A stretch of DNA of 64,000 nt from Mytilus edulis (Eukaryota), in the NCBI RefSeq assembly GCF_963676685.1, contig NC_092356.1, positions 64,604,001 through 64,668,000 on the forward strand. The letters run 5' to 3'. Within the stretch, counting starts at the first letter, position 1; every line of letters begins with the position of its first letter. Of this stretch, positions 62,351 through 64,000 are shown one piece after another. The position numbers and the translations under genes are program-made. The notes below the pieces were generated by a model that saw nothing but the letters and a program-made list of their open reading frames with translations, was not told where the DNA came from and made no database searches.

Positions 62351-64000
62351 TATGTTATCTTTCCAACACAGTTTAATTGTCATTCCAAAAATGACAATGT
62401 TGTCATTTGTCATTCATTTAAAGGTCGTTAAAGTATACATGCACAGCGGTTGTCAGATCAATACTACTTTAATCGAAGATAATGTAGACGGATGCAAAAG
62501 TCTTTATCAATCGAAACAATAAGGGTGCGTGATCTTTAATTTTAAGTTTGGAGAGGTTAATCGAAGATGATAATACTGTAGCGTAACTAGCCTCTTTTAC
62601 AAATAAAGCAAACTTTATATTGTTGGCGAGGGAAGGGCTCAAGGACTCCAGAAGAACTGGAAAAAATGATACAAAATCTTTCAGACCCTTTCTTAATCTA
62701 AAGCGCAAGTTTTAATTTATCTATTTTATTATGTTCTGGTCTCGGAGCAAAATATATAGATACAGTGTAAGACTTTTAGTATTGACATGTATGAACAATA
62801 TCAAAAGACATATGTAGGATGATGAAAAAAATAATGTAATCCACAAAGTCAAGTGTGTGGCTATTGTTAGTTTGGATTGGAAATTTTCTCACCGGAACGG
62901 TGATCGAACCAGGAACTTATGTTTTTGTATAGTCCGATGCATTAACCTATGTTAATTTTGTATAATGAGGATCAATGGTCTAGTTCCTCGTTGAAGACCC
63001 TCCAGCTCCTTTCAAGATGAAGAACAGACATAAAAGCCCTGTTCATTAATAATTTGTATTTTTTCTATATATTGTGTGCGATTTTGTCCCGTGTACATTT
63101 ACTCCACATCTCTTTATTTTCTATTTCGGACCTGGACATGGCTCAATGCTAGTTTAGACCTCCAATGTTAAAGGTCATATGTTTTTTTTTAATTATTTGA
63201 TGCCGTGGGATTGGGATTTGTATTTACAGCCAAGATGGCCAGTTTTGTGTTCTGTAATATACTGTATCAGTTTAATTTTACTTGTCCGGTACTTCTCAAA
63301 ACATCTTCCGAACAATATCTGGACGTCGGTGTCGTGGGCATGTACAATTGCTAAACCACACATGAACGTTCTTTAGTCTTCGTAGATCTATTCCAACTTG
63401 AAGTCTTTTGAGTCTACGACAAGCAGAATATGATATTTTATACCATTAAATATTGAAGCCATAGTCATGAAGATCGATTACTTGATTGGTGTTCCGTTAA
63501 CGTAGCCGCAGAACAAAAACGCGAGAGCTATTTTTGAATATTTCTACAATTTTAAGTAGTTCTCCACTCACAAACACAATAATATTTTCAACATTTATTA
63601 AAATCTTTTTTTTTACACTTTTTAACTTTTATGTTGTTTTAAAATATCAATTTGACTTGAATTTGGGATCCCGCTAACATGTTTAACCCCGCCACATTCA
63701 AAATGTATGTGCCTGTCCTAAGTCTGAAGCCTGTAATTCAGTGGTTGTCGTTTGTTTATGTGTTACATTTTTGTTTTTCGTTCAATTTTTGTGCATAAAT
63801 TAGGCCGTTTGTTTTCTTGTTTGAATTGTTTTACATTGTCATTTCGGAGCCTTTTATATATGACTATGCGGTATGGGCTTTGCTCATTGTTGAAGGCCGT
63901 ACGATGACCTATAGTTGATAATTTCTGTGTTATGTTGGTCTCTTGTGGAGAGTTGTCTCAATGACAATCATACCACATCTTCTTTTTTATATTTATATGA

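Overview
AT-rich, repeat-dense eukaryotic genomic DNA. The repeat families look like those of a bivalve, probably Mytilus (inferred from recognition, not from a search). No intact host protein-coding gene can be supported. The backbone is a decayed tandem segmental duplication: a roughly 10-12 kb unit present in about 4-5 partial copies between ~4.1 kb and ~62 kb. This unit carries a chain of short minus-strand exon-like blocks and a 7-copy module containing a PAR-bZIP-type palindrome. Many mobile elements are inserted into it. These include three families of Penelope-like retroelement (PLE) RT remnants with many truncated 3' tails, and three families of hammerhead-ribozyme (retrozyme-like) repeats, one with an intact catalytic core. 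There is also a very young non-autonomous LTR element with a tRNA-His primer site that carries small unrecognised ORFs instead of gag/pol. Also present are two Helentron/HINE-type elements with internal satellites, Kolobok- and PIF/Harbinger-like MITEs, palindromic Crypton-like elements and a tRNA-derived SINE. The best novelty candidates are a covarying RNA structure in the 3' UTR of two PLE families, the small-ORF cargo of the LTR element, and the hidden exon chain in the duplication.
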